This document shows positions 1 to 14,450 of a stretch of DNA of 64,000 bases, one piece after another. Position numbers and translations under genes: made by a program. The notes beneath the pieces are model-generated. The model was not told where the DNA came from. It was given only the letters and a program-made list of their open reading frames with translations, and did not search any database. Where the stretch lies: the NCBI RefSeq assembly GCF_009914755.1, contig NC_060938.1; one strand, written 5' to 3'. Position 1 is the stretch's first letter. Every line of letters begins with the position of its first letter. This DNA is from the human T2T-CHM13v2.0 reference genome, Homo sapiens.

Positions 1-721
1 CCATAAGGGATGTTCTAGAGGAAAGTCAAATGGAAAATGCTAAGCCCCTTTGGATTCCCTAATTCATAATTGGAAGTTGAGGTAAGAAAGCAGAGAAACG
101 GAAACACAAAATCTTCAGGATCATTTTGGGTCTTGAGAGCCCAACATCCCAAACGACAAATCCACCCAGATCACATTTGCCATTTGAATGCTGAAGCAAA
201 GAACATGGGGTCTCCAGGCAGCATTTCTAAGGCAGGAGAGCCCTGTACCAAAATGTGATCCCCTCCCCTCTACAACAAAACCACAGCAATAGATAAGAAT
301 ATTCTAAGGCACTTCGTAGCCAAGCAGGCATTTCGAATGTGTGTCTGAACTGACACACCTATTACCTATGCCCAACCCAGTCTGAGTGGCTGGCTCTTCA
401 GGAGTGAGGGAAAAGAGTTGTAGGTCTGGCATCTGACAGTGGCCAGGTAAGGACTTTCTCTTCTGCTTAACACTCACCTTCCTTCCTCTGGGAGCAGAGC
501 AGGGTGTGTGAGCCCAGCCCTGCTATTGCTAAGCCTAGGGTTGGGCTGAGCTGCAGGGGCAGCTGGCTGGCTGGCTGAAAGGGCCAACACACTACAGCAC
601 ATTGAGACCACTCAACGGTTGCTACCAGAAGATGCCAGCAGTGAGAAAAAGGAACAAGGAACGCTCCCCAGCCTGTCTAACCCACTTCTTCACTGCCCCA
701 ACCTAACAAGTAGGCACTCAC

Positions 722-859
722 GCCTGTGGTTCTCATTTCTGTGGTTGGGTGGGGACCGAGTCTCCTGGTCTTGAGCTTCATCCCCCTCCTCGCTGGCCAG
801 GTGAGTGTGAGCATAGTGGTAGCTGAGCCCCGGTCGGTTCTTGTAGCGCTTGCCACAGA
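722..859 (-). CDS. DPF3: DPF3 coding exon (exon 7; remainder of the C2H2 zinc finger), 138 nt, phase 1-1
   Basis: ttttcctctctag|TCTGTGGCAAG...CACAGGC|gtgagt = (I)[45 protein letters not shown](P) (ORF 690..905). Confidence 0.97.
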
Positions 860-1084
860 CTAGAGAGGAAAAGAGGAAAAAAGGGAGAGATACAAATATT
901 AGCAACCTGTGCAGCCACCGCTATCATTCTCCCAGACAGTGATCCCATCCATCCACCCCAGAGCCAGGCTTCCCTTAAAACTGTCTCCCATCCCAACATC
1001 CCTTTCCCCCACCCAACAGAACCAACACCCTTGTAACAACTCAGGTCATGGAAAGAAAAACTGTAAAAGTAAAATATGAGGTTA

Positions 1085-1280
1085 AGAGCTGTGTGAGCAC
1101 TCCACCGTTTCTAGCTGTGAGACCCAGGGCAAGTCACTTGACCTCTCTGTGCCTCAGTTTCTTCCGAGATAAAATGGGAACAATAACAGTACTTACCTCA
1201 CAGGGTCATTGTGATAAGTTTATCTCTATGCAAAGTACTTAAAACAATATCAGGCACTTTGTGAGGGTAATTGTTATGAC
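1085..1280 (+). mobile_element. MIR SINE
   Basis: MIR core: ctagctgtgagacccagggcaagtcacttgacctctctgtgcctcagtttcttc...aaaatggg. Confidence 0.75.
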
Positions 1281-2179
1281 GTTGAATTCAAAGGGCACTG
1301 GGAATCTACCCAATCCAACATCCCATGACACAGATGAGGCAAGTGAGACCCAGCAACACCAAGTGACTTGCCCAGGAGCACACAACTAGTGTGGCAGAGC
1401 CACCAGAACCCATGTCTCCTGGGTTCCTGTGCACTGTCCCTTCCACCACCCCATGGTTGGCCTCTGCAAGAAGTAGAAAAGTTTTATCTGGATAATCCTT
1501 TTGATGTCTCACCCAGCGATTTTGTGCCAGAAACACATGCTGCACTTCTACCATGAACGCCATGGAGTTAAAGCATCCTTGGTGAGTGTAGTCACCAAGA
1601 GCTTGTGCCCCTGATGCCCCAGGGCAGCCAAATCTGTAAAAGGTGCTCTCACAAGTACTACCTCTCAAATGGGGCAGTTTGAGCCAAGGGCAGCGAGCAA
1701 TCGAAATGTGCCTTCTTGGAGCCAGGAAGAAAGGGCAGCAGTTCTGTTGGTTAGATGCTCAGTTCCTGGGAAGCAGAAGTCTGGCTAAATGGCTCAAGGT
1801 CACACTACCACCCTCAACCTCCCCACATAGGGATCATTATCTCGGCCCCTAGGGGGACGGCATTGCTGGTAGCAGAAACCTCGAGAGTCTTCCCAGTGAA
1901 ATGTCCATGCCAACCTTCTATGCTTGTCCCCCAGCCTGGGTCCCCATCAGAGCAAACCAACCTGCTCTCTGCTGGAGTGCCTGAAAGTTACAAATTCTAA
2001 AAGACTTCTCCCTTGTGCTGACATGACCACGTCATACAAGGAAGCATAAATGCTTCACAAGGTGGGAAGAGCACAACTTTAGCATCAGGCCTGGGTTCAA
2101 ATCCCAGTTCCAGCTGCTGAGGTTCACTGGCTGTGTGGTCCTGAGAGTATACAGAAGTGCTGTCATCCAGTCATCTTAT

Positions 2180-2790
2180 CCAATACCCTTATTACTTCTG
2201 ATAGAGTTTCTCTTCCTACCAGATTCTCTTGGGGTTTTTCAGTAGACAAACATTGGCCAAAATAATGTCACCTCTTCTTCCCCATATTTACATAAACTAT
2301 TTTATCTTAGCTTAGATCATTTGTAAGAACCACCAAAACAATATCTTCAAATGGCAAAAGCAAGCATTTCCAATGTTAATGAAGGTGGATTTAGTGTTTC
2401 ACTGTTTAGAACGATGTATCTGGCTAATTTTTAGTCTTTACCAAATTTAAGTAGTTCTTCTTATTCCTGCTATAGAGTTTTATTATAGGAGAATTTTATC
2501 AACTACCCTTTCAGCATCTACTATAATATGATTCTCCTTTAGTTGGTTGATAAGGTAAATTACGTTGATTTCCTAATATTTCCTATTATTGAACCATTCT
2601 TGCATTCCTAGAATGCACTCCATTTGGTCAGAGTATATTATTTATTTGATATACTGCTGCATTCTGCTTTCTAATACTGCATCTTGAATCTGTACTAAGA
2701 CTTGAGCTCAATCTATAATTTTTGGACTATCTTTTATTAGGTTTCAATTTTATGGTGATGTTGATTTCTAAAAATTAACTGAAGAGTTTT
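2180..2790 (-). mobile_element. Old L1 (L1M-type) fragment
   Basis: T-rich degraded L1 ORF2 antisense text (ttgaaccattcttgcattcctagaatgcactccatttggtca); edges approximate. Confidence 0.6.
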
Positions 2791-3130
2791 GCTGCATGAA
2801 ATTGGACAAGCTGCAGCTCTGTGCCTTTTCTTTTATCTGAAAATGAGGATAACAGTACTTATCTTGCAGGATGGGTAAAGGTATTATAAATAGCATTTGC
2901 AAGCAGCTCTCTCAATACCCAGCACATAATAGATGTTCAATAAATGGTAAATGAGGGGCAAGGGCTGTCAGCATTTTTTGCTGCATCTTAGGTACTGGAT
3001 CTTCCTGAAAAGAGGGACTTTGACCCTTGCCTCATATTATAAAATCTGGCAACTGGTTGGACTTCTTTGTTAAGGTAAGATGAGAGTCTGAAATTCAAGT
3101 TGGTGACCCAGTGACTATAAATTCAAGGCC

Positions 3131-3500
3131 CAATGTTTAGCTCCCACTTATAAGTAGAACATATGGTATTTGATTTTCTGTTTCTGCATTAATTCACTTA
3201 GGATAATGGCCTCCAGCTGCATCCATGTTGCAAAGGACATGATTTTGTTCTTTTTATGGCTGTGTAATATTCCACGGAATATCCTGAACACTGGGTACAC
3301 ACAGACGTAAAGATGGAAACAACAGATGCTGGGGACTCCAAAAGGGGGAAGGGAAGGAAGAGGGCAAGGCTTGAAAACCTACCTATTGGGTACTATGTTC
3401 ACTAATTGGATGATGGGTTTAATAGAAGCCCAAACCTTAGCATTATGTAATATATGCATGTAACAAACCTGAATCTAAAAAAATAAAAAATTAAAATAAA
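3131..3500 (+). mobile_element. L1PB-type 3' end with 5' inversion
   Basis: 3131-~3280 is antisense L1 (caatgtttagctcccacttataagt..); ~3287-3500 is sense L1 3'UTR (acactgggtacacacagac...gtaacaaacctg) ending in an A-rich tail. Confidence 0.8.
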
Positions 3501-4397
3501 TAGGCCTATCATTGGCTACTTACATTCATATATTCTCTCTTCCTCTCTCTCATAAATATTGTAAAAAAAATAAAATTAAAATAAAATAAAATAGTGCTAT
3601 GCATCTTAATTCCATGTGACTCAGGAAGCTGGACCCAAAGAGGCCCCTGAGGTGCACTCTGGATCTGCTTGTGGCTTTTTCTATTTAGCTTTTTAGATAA
3701 TCTGAAGTTAATACACAGCAAATTATGGGGTCATTGCATATAAATCCATTTAGTTGCCAGGCATACTGTTAGTAAGGAATAAATGCTTATTAAAAGTAAT
3801 GATAATGATATCAGTATTTACACAAAGAGGCCTCAGCCACCTCTGCAGATCCCCAGTATAAACTCACAGCATTTCACTTGTGCCATTTTGTTATGTCAAT
3901 CATCACTGTTGCTTAATCACACAATTTCAGGATCTTAATGGTCATTTTGTCTATCTAGAGAAGTGTTTTATTCCCAATAACTCTAGAAGGCTGTTCTGGA
4001 CAACTCCATTGATAGGGAACTCACTACCAGTCAAAGCAGGCATTTCTCCTTTAGACTCCTTGAATTATGGCTATGTCTGCACTATGTCTCTTAAGGACAG
4101 TTTCATATCAATTTCATCTTGATATCAACAACTCCACCTTATATGTTGACATATACATACTACGCCTTCAAAACATATTTGTTGAGTGGCTCATGAATGA
4201 ATACAGAACCATTTTGTGGGAAGGCCAGGAGATGGGCGAAGAGGCAAATTGTAGAATCTAATCCTTCTACCCACATTAAGCTCAGACTAATTGTTCTTAA
4301 AAGTCTACAAAACCAAACCTAAGCAAAAAGCTCCCTCTATCTCCTTCCCCAACATGGTAGAAAGTAATAATGTTTAGAGCAAATCCTTTTGCTAGAA

Positions 4398-4586
4398 CAG
4401 AGATTCTCAAACAGTGGTCCCCAGACCAGCACCATCCACATCTCCTGGCAACCTGTTAGAGATGCAAACTCTTGGGCTCCACCCCAGACTGACTGAATCA
4501 GAAACTCTGGGGGTGGGGCCCAGTGATCTAGATTTTTAAAAGCCCTCTAGGTGATTCTGATGCACACTAAAGTTTGAGAACCACTG
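4398..4586 (+). mobile_element. MER5A-type hAT-Charlie DNA transposon relic
   Basis: ttctcaaa...ccccagaccagca...gaatcagaaactctgggggtggggccc...aagtttgagaaccactg. Confidence 0.75.
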
Positions 4587-5799
4587 GGCTAGAAGGCTGG
4601 ATCTATTTAGGCTTGGCTCCACCAACCCTATGTCCACATGCCCTTCTTGATGGATGGCCGTAGCAGGCAGGGGCAGGATAGGCAGCCTTGAGACCTTTGT
4701 TCAGTTATTAGCAGAATCAGGACCAGACAATACATGGAGGTCCCAGAAGCCAGACTTCTTCATGAAGAGCCCTCTGGATGGAGCTCCATTTTTAACCGGG
4801 TATTTGTACCATGTCATTCTTCTATCACCAGGTCTTCAATTCAAGAAATATTTATTAGACACCTAATATGTGCCCCACCCTGTGCCACAAGAAGGACAAA
4901 AATGAACAAGCCCCAGACCCCTCCATGGAGGAGGTCGCAGTCTAGCAGAGATCTGCATGTAAACAAGCCAGGGGGAGGTGGGTTGGATACAGGGTGAGAC
5001 CGTGCCAGGCAAAGAGGGACATCAAAGAGGGGACAGGAAACTGGCTTGAGTGAGTAGGGTAGGGCTTCCCAGAGAAGGAGCCCCTGACATGAGCAGGACT
5101 TCAGCAGGCAAAGGGGGCTCAAAGCACATGCAGTTATCACCTCTGCAAACTGCGAGAAGTCTAACAAAGTTGAAGAGGTGGAGCGGTGGGGGTGGATGTG
5201 AGGAAGACTAACAGGAGAGGAAGCTGAGCAAGGCTTTATCCTGACAATGGGGCAGCCAGGAGAGGATTCTATCCTGAGGACCAAGTTAAGCAGACTGACA
5301 TGTTAGAAATACTGCTTAAGATTGTAGGGCAGAATATGGATTTGAAGGTGGCGAGGGGCTATTTCAATTGTTTACCTGTGCAACAATGAGGACTTGTGCA
5401 TGGAGAGGAAAAATGGGGTGGGAGAGGGGTTAATGAGAGAACTTGGTGGAAAAGGGAGTGAGTAAGAAAGCAAGGAGGAACCCAGAAAGACTAACATGGC
5501 CTTCCTGGCCAGGCCTGACCCAGCCCCACCCACCTCTCCAGCCTCTTCTGACACCACGTTCTGCCTCCACACAGCCCTTCTGCTCGCTGGCCTTTTCGTT
5601 TATTATAGATTTCTCTTCCCACCACAGAGTCTTCACACAAGCTCTTTCCTCTGCCTAGAATGTCCCCATCCCCAATTTGCCTGATTAAGGTCTAATCATC
5701 CCTCTGATCTCAGTTCAAATGTCCTCCCCCAGGGAAGTCTTTCAAATCAAAATTACAACCTTAGTTTTTTGCCTTCCTAGGACTAATCACGTGTCAATA

Positions 5800-6464
<665 letters not shown>

Positions 6465-6789
6465 TATGCATCTCTCCCACTGGCAGCAAGCATGGCAGGT
6501 CCTGTGTATCCGCAGGTGCTGTGTCCCGATGACCAGCACAGGGCCTCACTTGTGGCAGGTGCTCAATGTCAGCTACGGAAAGCAAAGAGATGCACATGTT
6601 TCTGACGTGGGCAACTGGGTAGAAGGATGAAGGAGGAAAACCAGATTTAAAGAAGGAAGAAAATGAGTTGAGTTCACCTAAAGCTTGGGAAAGAGACGTA
6701 GATTTTGGAGCTGGCAGGGTGGCAATGGATGTTATAAGTATGGGGAAAAGTGTCAGGAAGAGACTGTGGAGAGAGAAAAGAGGTGCCTA

Positions 6790-7177
<388 letters not shown>

Positions 7178-7877
7178 TTAGTAATTGTTAAGAAAAACTC
7201 ACACAGGAGTGAGCAACATAAGCCAAAGGAACAGGGTTTCAAGACGACAGTAACAATGACACCACCAGTCACAGGTCCTGCCAACAGCTATTGAGTGTTT
7301 ACCACGGACCAGGCCCACTCCAAGTGCTTCAAGTAAATTGACTCACAGCAACCTGCATCCCCATTTTAAAGAAAGATGAGGAGATTCTGCACCGAGGCAG
7401 AGCCACAGTAATAAATTAATCAGATGCCTGAGAAGGGTCAAGAAGGTTGGAGACTAAGAGACCACTGGATTTGGAAATTGGGAAGTTGCCTTAGCAAGAA
7501 GAGAATCCACAAAGTCGAGGAGCACAACTGCAGGGTGCTCCAAGAAATGAGGAAGTGCTGATGGGGCCAGCTGTGGGAGGAGGAAAGAGGGAGGTTGGTG
7601 GGTGGAGGGGAGCTTAGGATCAGGGCAGACCAGGGTGGAGCCTGTGTTTTACCAGCCTATTCTGACTCCCAAGTCTTAGTCCTTGGAATGATTTCATCAT
7701 AGGGGCAAGAGGAAGAGTGAAGACTTCCAAGAGTTATTTTGGTTGGATTGCATCAGGATGAAACTGCTTCATTACAATGGAAAGAAACGTCTTGAAATCC
7801 TGCTTTGACTGGCTTAGAAAAGCCAGCACTGTTTCTCCTTCTGTGTTTAATCATGTCTTCCTGTCACTGCAAACACC

Positions 7878-8053
7878 ATGGGCCAGCTTCGTGAGCCTGT
7901 GACCTGTGCTTCCAGACAGGGTCCGAGTTCAGAAAGGCCCCACACTTGGTTTAATGCCCTGCTGTTGGCATCTTGAAATTCTTAATATTTATTGAACAAG
8001 GGCCCCCGCATTTTCATTTTGCAGTGGACCCTACAAATCACGTAGCCAGTTCT
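7878..8053 (+). mobile_element. MER91-type hAT DNA transposon relic
   Basis: gggcccccgcattttcattttgcagtggaccctacaaatcacgtagcc signature. Confidence 0.55.
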
Positions 8054-8309
8054 AGAAGTCTGTTGGGTTCAGAGTGGAGATCTGAGACTAAGTTACTCCA
8101 AATAGCTGACCTGATAGTCTGAGAGCTGCCAAGGTGAACCCAGGTCCCAACCAGTCCTGAGTCAGGCATAAAATTCCCTTCTGAGATAATCTTGAAAGTC
8201 TGGCCAGAGTGATTAGCTGCTCAGTAGTCATCATCTCAGTGCCATCAACCACCCAGGCCTGGCTTCTAGATCGGCTCTGCCCTCAGAGAGGCAGAATCTG
8301 CAGCAGGTA

Positions 8310-8500
8310 AGTGGGCAGGCTGGATCTGAACTGCCTGGGTTCAAGTCCCAGCTCTGCTGTTGACTCTGTGATCTTGGGCAAGTTACTAATCCTCTCTGTG
8401 CCTCAGCATCCTCTCTGTAAAACAAGGTGGATCATGACAGCACACCTGCTCCCCGCGGTGAGACCCATATGAGAGAATGTATTTAAAACAAAGCCCAGCT
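8310..8500 (+). mobile_element. MIR SINE
   Basis: ctgggttcaagtcccagctctgc...gtgatcttgggcaagttactaatcctctctgtgcctcag. Confidence 0.75.
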
Positions 8501-11229
8501 CATGGGGAGTCGTGGCTGTTCTCAGCTGCTCTCATCACCACTGCTGTCAAAGTGGCCCAACAAAGAGAATAAACCCCAAAGTGGGGAGTTATTTCTCCTC
8601 TGAAGTCTGGAGTGGAATAGCAAGGAAAAGAGGGTGGGAAAAGAAACATTTTGAAAATAAAGTACTGGAACCATCTGCTCTCCTTTTATCATGTCGGCAT
8701 TCTCACTCTGGAAATATCTGTCGTGCGGAATCAGCCTGAGCCCCAGGAGCGCTGAAGCAGCAGAGAGGGTCATGCCCCATCTTCCCACTCCAGTCTCCTT
8801 CCCCGGGGGCAAGCGCTTTTGCACCATGCACCTCTGAAGCCACCACCCCTGGGACCAGTCAGCCCTGCCTGTGCACGACCTAAGGTCCTTCTTTTCACCT
8901 TGGCAAGCGTGCACCTGGATTTTGTGTTCCTGGCATGGTGCACATGGAGAGCAGTGGCTGTGACAATAAGGGAGGTCCAGCTTGCCTTCTCTTTCTCCTT
9001 CCCCCTGGGGCGGATCCATCTGTCAAGCTGCAGAAGGAGTGTTTGCCCACTTCCCAATCCAGAACTGGATTCTGCATGCAGGACCTCCTGTCTGGAGTTA
9101 TGGATGCCTTCAGTGCCGCTCCAAAATATTTACTGCACGCCCCCTGCCCTCCTTCAAACCTACCCCACTCCTAGTCTGGGCGGGGGTCGGGGGGAGCAGG
9201 GAGGAGGAGGAATCAGGGGCAGCTTGTGTGAACAAAGCCGCTGCAGCAGACAGCAGAATCCTTCCTGCCGGGGAGAAGCGGCTGCCTTCCCCACTGATAA
9301 CTTAATGACTCTGGCACATTTTCATCAGCCCAACTTGGAGCACACAGTGGGAATCTGAGCCAGTGGTTTCCGAGAGACTGAAAGCAGTGACTGAAGGCAA
9401 TTACAGGATGAGCATCCCAGAGACAAAGCCTGGGCCCTGGGAGTCACCAGCCAGTCACCAGCCACAGCTCATTCCCGGCTCTGCCCCGTGGCACTGACAT
9501 ACAACCCTGAGGACACCGCTTCCTTCTCTCTGCAGCTGGACTTCCTCATCTGTCACCCAGACCCCACCATGCCTGTCATCTGCCGATGCCTCCAAGGCAT
9601 CACACCTACCATCAGGCAGCACCCATTCCCATGCAGAATCTCACAGCTCAGGAGGCAAGGATCCCCATTCCACAGATGAAGAAACTGAGTCTGGGGGAGT
9701 TTAAGCAATTCTCTGGATGGCACAGCCAGAGTTTGAGCCCTGGTCTGTCTGCCCTTGAAGCACGTGACTGAAAGGTGCGCTGGTGAGTCTCTGCTTGGCA
9801 CTGCCTCCCTCCCCACCCACCCCAACGGCCTGGGGCTGACTGGCGTGGCCTGCTTCACCCATGCTCCCTTGCTCTCGGCAAGAAGGAGGCACCAGCAGGA
9901 GAACGGAGGGTGGGAAGAAAAACACGTGGGGACTTGGGCCCTGCCCTGCCTGGGCACTGTGCTATACAGGGGCTGTATAGGGGCCCACCTCCAAGACTCC
10001 AGTCCTGCCTGGCTCTGGGAACCCCATGTCTCCCCTGCTCCTTGGAGCTGGGGATAGGGAGGGCTTCCCGCTCTCCCTGTCAGCACCTTCATCTTGCCCA
10101 CACCTTCATAATCACTCTGGCATCAAATTCCCTTCCATCCAGCCCTTCTGAGTGGAATCCCACATCCTGCCGGATACCATTTGGACACATATTCACACCC
10201 TACCAGACCGGCTCGTAGAAGTTTGGGGCCACCAACACCTCCCAACGACCCTCCATCTTCTCTCTGCAGAACCATCTGGGGGATGGAGGCATTCCTACAA
10301 CCAATTCCCCCGAGCAGGGAGAAGCCCCAACTGAGAAAAGCCCTGTGTGACTCCCAGATACAAACTCAGATCGGGATAAAGCCCAGGAGGTACTTCCAAA
10401 AGCCACCTGCTCAGACTGGGTACACAGGGTACAGTTGTTCATCCCACAGCCACTTCAACTGGCCAGGCTTTTCTCAAAAGCCAACGGTGGATCCAACCCC
10501 CAGGTGGGCTTCTCCTCCCTCCCCTGCCCTTGAAGTTCGAGGCCAGCAGACTCGGTGGCCTTCTAGAGACCGGGGGTCTGGCTCTGGGTCTGATACTAAC
10601 CCGCTATGCACCCTTGGACAAATTCATACCTTTCTGGGTCTTGATTTTTCTTATCTGCAGAATATGGGGGTTGGATCAGATGATCTCTAAGTCCTTTGCA
10701 TTCTAGCACTTCACAACTCTCTGTAGGTCCTGAAGCTATTATCTCCTCAACTGTGATAGGAAAATGATGAGGCTCCCAGAGGCTGGCTACATCCACCTCC
10801 CCCCACCCCACCCTGCACGATTGGCAGCTGCCGTCCCGTGGCTTCATACCTTCTTTCAGGCCACCCTTGATGCTTATTTTAAGCTGAATTCCTTTGGATG
10901 GAGACACAGGGGATTGGGGGTAGGGGTGGGGTAAAACACCCTGATTTTTCACAGCCACATTTCTTGGGGCCTGGTGGTGACCCAGGATCTATCAAACTCC
11001 AGTGACCCAAAAGTCCTGTGTCTTCATCAAGGGAGAGTGTCCTGCTTATTTTGGGAATTTACTAGATGTGAGGAAGAACAGAGACAAGCAACCAGACTCT
11101 CGTTTCAAAATATTCTATCACCTGATTTCTGGATCCTCAGCAGGGAAATGCAGAAACCCCCAAAACCAAAGCACTCCATGTGTTATGGGAATGTTTCCTG
11201 CCCTGCTGAGAAGCCGGGTAACAGAATGC

Positions 11230-11450
11230 AGGTGAACTCGGGAGTCTGCCTTCTTGGGTCAGCTGATTTGCAATGTGACCTTGGGCAAGTGACTTAGTCT
11301 CTCTCAGCCTCGGTTTCCTCGTCTGTAAAACAAGGGCAATAACAGTTTGTAGCTCATGGGGGAGGTGTGAGAACTGCAGGAGTTCATCTTCTTACAATGC
11401 TCAGCCCAGTGCCTGGCACACAGCACATGTTCAACAAACATCAGCTATTT
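11230..11450 (+). mobile_element. MIR SINE
   Basis: gtgaccttgggcaagtgacttagtctctctcagcctcggtttcctcgtctgtaaaa...gtgcctggcaca. Confidence 0.75.
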
Positions 11451-12690
11451 TTGATCATTCATTTAACTTGATCAGACAACTCCCTTAGATCCTGCAGCAG
11501 CTAGGGCACAGAACACAACTGGGGCCCCAGCTTAGGTGTTAAATAAGTACCTTTTCTTGATTCAGTATAAAGAAAATAAACATTTATTGAAAATATCTAT
11601 GAACCAAGCAGTGAGCTAATTGTTTTTACACAATTTCTCATTGAACCCTCTTGGAAACCCACTAAGGTTAATATTATTGTCCTCACCTAACAGACCAGAA
11701 AACAAAGGCTCAAAGTGGTTTTGTGATTTGCCTGAGGTCATGGCTAGGAAGTGACCTGGTAAAGATTCAAATCCTAGCTTTCTGACTCCGGAGCCACCTT
11801 CTTCCAACTGGCATCCCTTTCAGGGTGGTGTCTTTGATTCCTGATTCTAGTGAGTCCTGCGTTAGCATGTCCTTAATGAGCTTAAATTAAGAGTGAAACT
11901 GAATTCTCCTTTCAATTGTACAATAAAAATAATTTAAATAATAAATGTCATTGTCAACATTTCTGGGGAAGGTAAAAAGAGAAAGGTCAAAAATCAGACC
12001 TGATTACCCTAAGCTGAGGCAGCCCCCAGGCATCTGGGAATCCTGCTAGCATCCTCTCTCTCAATATCTCTGTACACCTCCCATGCCAGGACATCAGTGC
12101 GGCCTCAAATGCTGAGCAGGTTTTATTTGTGAGTTCCAGGCTATCCAGTGTGATTCCCCACCCCCTGCCTGAGGTAGGCCTTCTTCCACCTACAATGTCA
12201 GTGTAAGCTCCTCAGTGCCTTAGAGGAAACAACAACTGTCCATTAGCATCTGTTAAGACGTTTCTGCCTGGATTCCTGCCATTTCCACCAACTCATATGT
12301 CAGTTTCATCACACTCCCAAAATTACTTCCCCTTTTAGGATATTCCAGTTAAGCTACCCCTTTTGTCTCAATGACCCAAGTGCAAGATGTCAAGAGTCAT
12401 CACTGCCACCTCCCTCTCTCCTCTCCTGCTCTCCACATCCTGTCCATCATCTGCCGGGTTCTGTGAATTTCTCTTTCATTAAGTCTTCTTCATCTGCCCC
12501 GTCTATTTCACTGCTGCTATCACCACCATCCAGATTTCATGTCTTCTCCTAGCTGACTAGAAAAGGCTCTTCTCGGTCATCAGGCTTCAGGCTTTCCTCC
12601 CTGAACACCGAATCCTACAGATCAACCTTCCTAGAGATGTCCCTAGGATTGTCATGAATTACCACGGACCATGCAGGCCAACCTCTAAGC

Positions 12691-13203
12691 CAGGGGTCCC
12701 CAACCCCCCGGGCTATAGACTGACACCTGGACTGCACAGCAGGATGTGAGTGGCGGGCAGGCAAGAGAAACTTCATCTGTATTTACAGCTGCTCCTCATC
12801 ACTCGCATTACCACCTGAGCTCCACCTTCTGTCTGATCAGATTAGATGTCACACTGGATTCTAACAGGAGCACAAACCCTACTGCAAACTGCACATGCAA
12901 GAGATCTAGGTTGCACACTCCTTATGAGAATCTAATGCCTGATGATCTGTCACTGTCTCCCATCACCCCCAGATGGGACCATCTAGTTGCAGGAAAACAA
13001 GCTCAGCTCAGAGCTCCCACTGACTCTACATTATGGTGAGCTGAATAATTATTTCATTATATATTACAATGTAATAATCATAGAAATAAAGGGCACAATA
13101 AGTGTAATGTGCTCAAATCATCCCAAAACCTGCCCTCCGCCCCTGGTCCGTGGAAAAATTTTCTTCCATGAGTCCCTGGTGCCAAAAAACTTGGGTACTG
13201 TGG
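12691..13203 (+). mobile_element. MER1A-type hAT-Charlie DNA transposon
   Basis: Starts caggggtccccaacccc, ends ttgggtactgtgg; 8-bp TSD ctctaagc at 12683-12690 and 13204-13211. Confidence 0.85.
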
Positions 13204-14450
13204 CTCTAAGCACCTCAGCCTGATGTTCCCAGCAACCCTCGTCTAACTCTGTGCCCCCAATCTCCCTACCCACATGCTCTGGGTTAGTCGAGCTGAGCCT
13301 TCTTCTTCCCTGGTATGCACATCCCACATTCCCTTCTCCAGACATTCATCAACAGTTTGGAAGCACCACTGTGCTGGGGCTGGGCTGCAAGTTGATTCTG
13401 GCCTGGGCCCTGCCCTCAGAAGGCTCACAGTCCAGCCTGAGGGAGCAGAGAAACAAACTGTCATCACACAATGTGGGAGGCAGCCTACCAGGAGGTAGGC
13501 ACAAGGTACCAGCAGCTTCCAGAAAGGGACAGTGATAGTGTGTGTGGTGGGGGAGGGAAGGAGAATGAGAGAGAGAAAAAAAAAGAGAGAGAGAGAGATG
13601 AATGACTGGGATCAAATCTTGGCTCTAGCATTTATTCACTATGTGACCTCAGGAAAGTTAATTAACCCTTCCTCTCCCCAGTTTCCTTATCTGTAGGATA
13701 GAGATGACCAAAGCATCCATTTCATAGCACTTTTGTGGGAGTTAAAGAGTTAATATAGATGAAGCCAACAGAATATTCCAGGTCTATAATATAAGTCAAC
13801 AAACTTCAGCATTATCATTATTACCTCTTCCCCCTACCCCTGGGCACACCCATCCACCCCTGGGGGCCAATATCAATTCCATCCATGCGCCCTAAGGGCC
13901 TTCTTGGCATCCCGGGGCTGCACTCTCTGACACAGCAGCCCCTCTTCGTGTGACCACTCCCTGCCCTGTTCCTTCAGTGCTCACTGTCCCCTCAATTAAA
14001 TACCGCCCCGGCAGTGTGCTATCTCCTGCACAATATCAGCCTTTCTCCTTCCAAGCATATTGGAGAAAGAGAAAATAAGACCAAGGTGGGGGAAACCTTT
14101 GTCAAGCACATGCCACGTGCAAAGCTTTTTACATACATCATCACAGTCAGCTTTCCCACTGTGCCCCATCCCCACCATACACCGGAGGACATGGAGACTC
14201 CTACAGCAAAATGACTTTCTCGATGTCACAGATAACAAGCAGCAGAACCACTCCAAAGTCAGGGCACATCCTGCTTCACCCAGCTCTCTGCAACCTGGCA
14301 GACCCATCAGGCTCCTTGCTTTCCTATACTCCCCACCATGACTCAAAATAAGAGAGATCAAAGGCCATGCACCAGGCCCTGCAGCCTCACAACTGTACTT
14401 CTAGGAAACAATAAAGCATTATGCAAAGGTATAGCTGGAACAGTGCTTTT

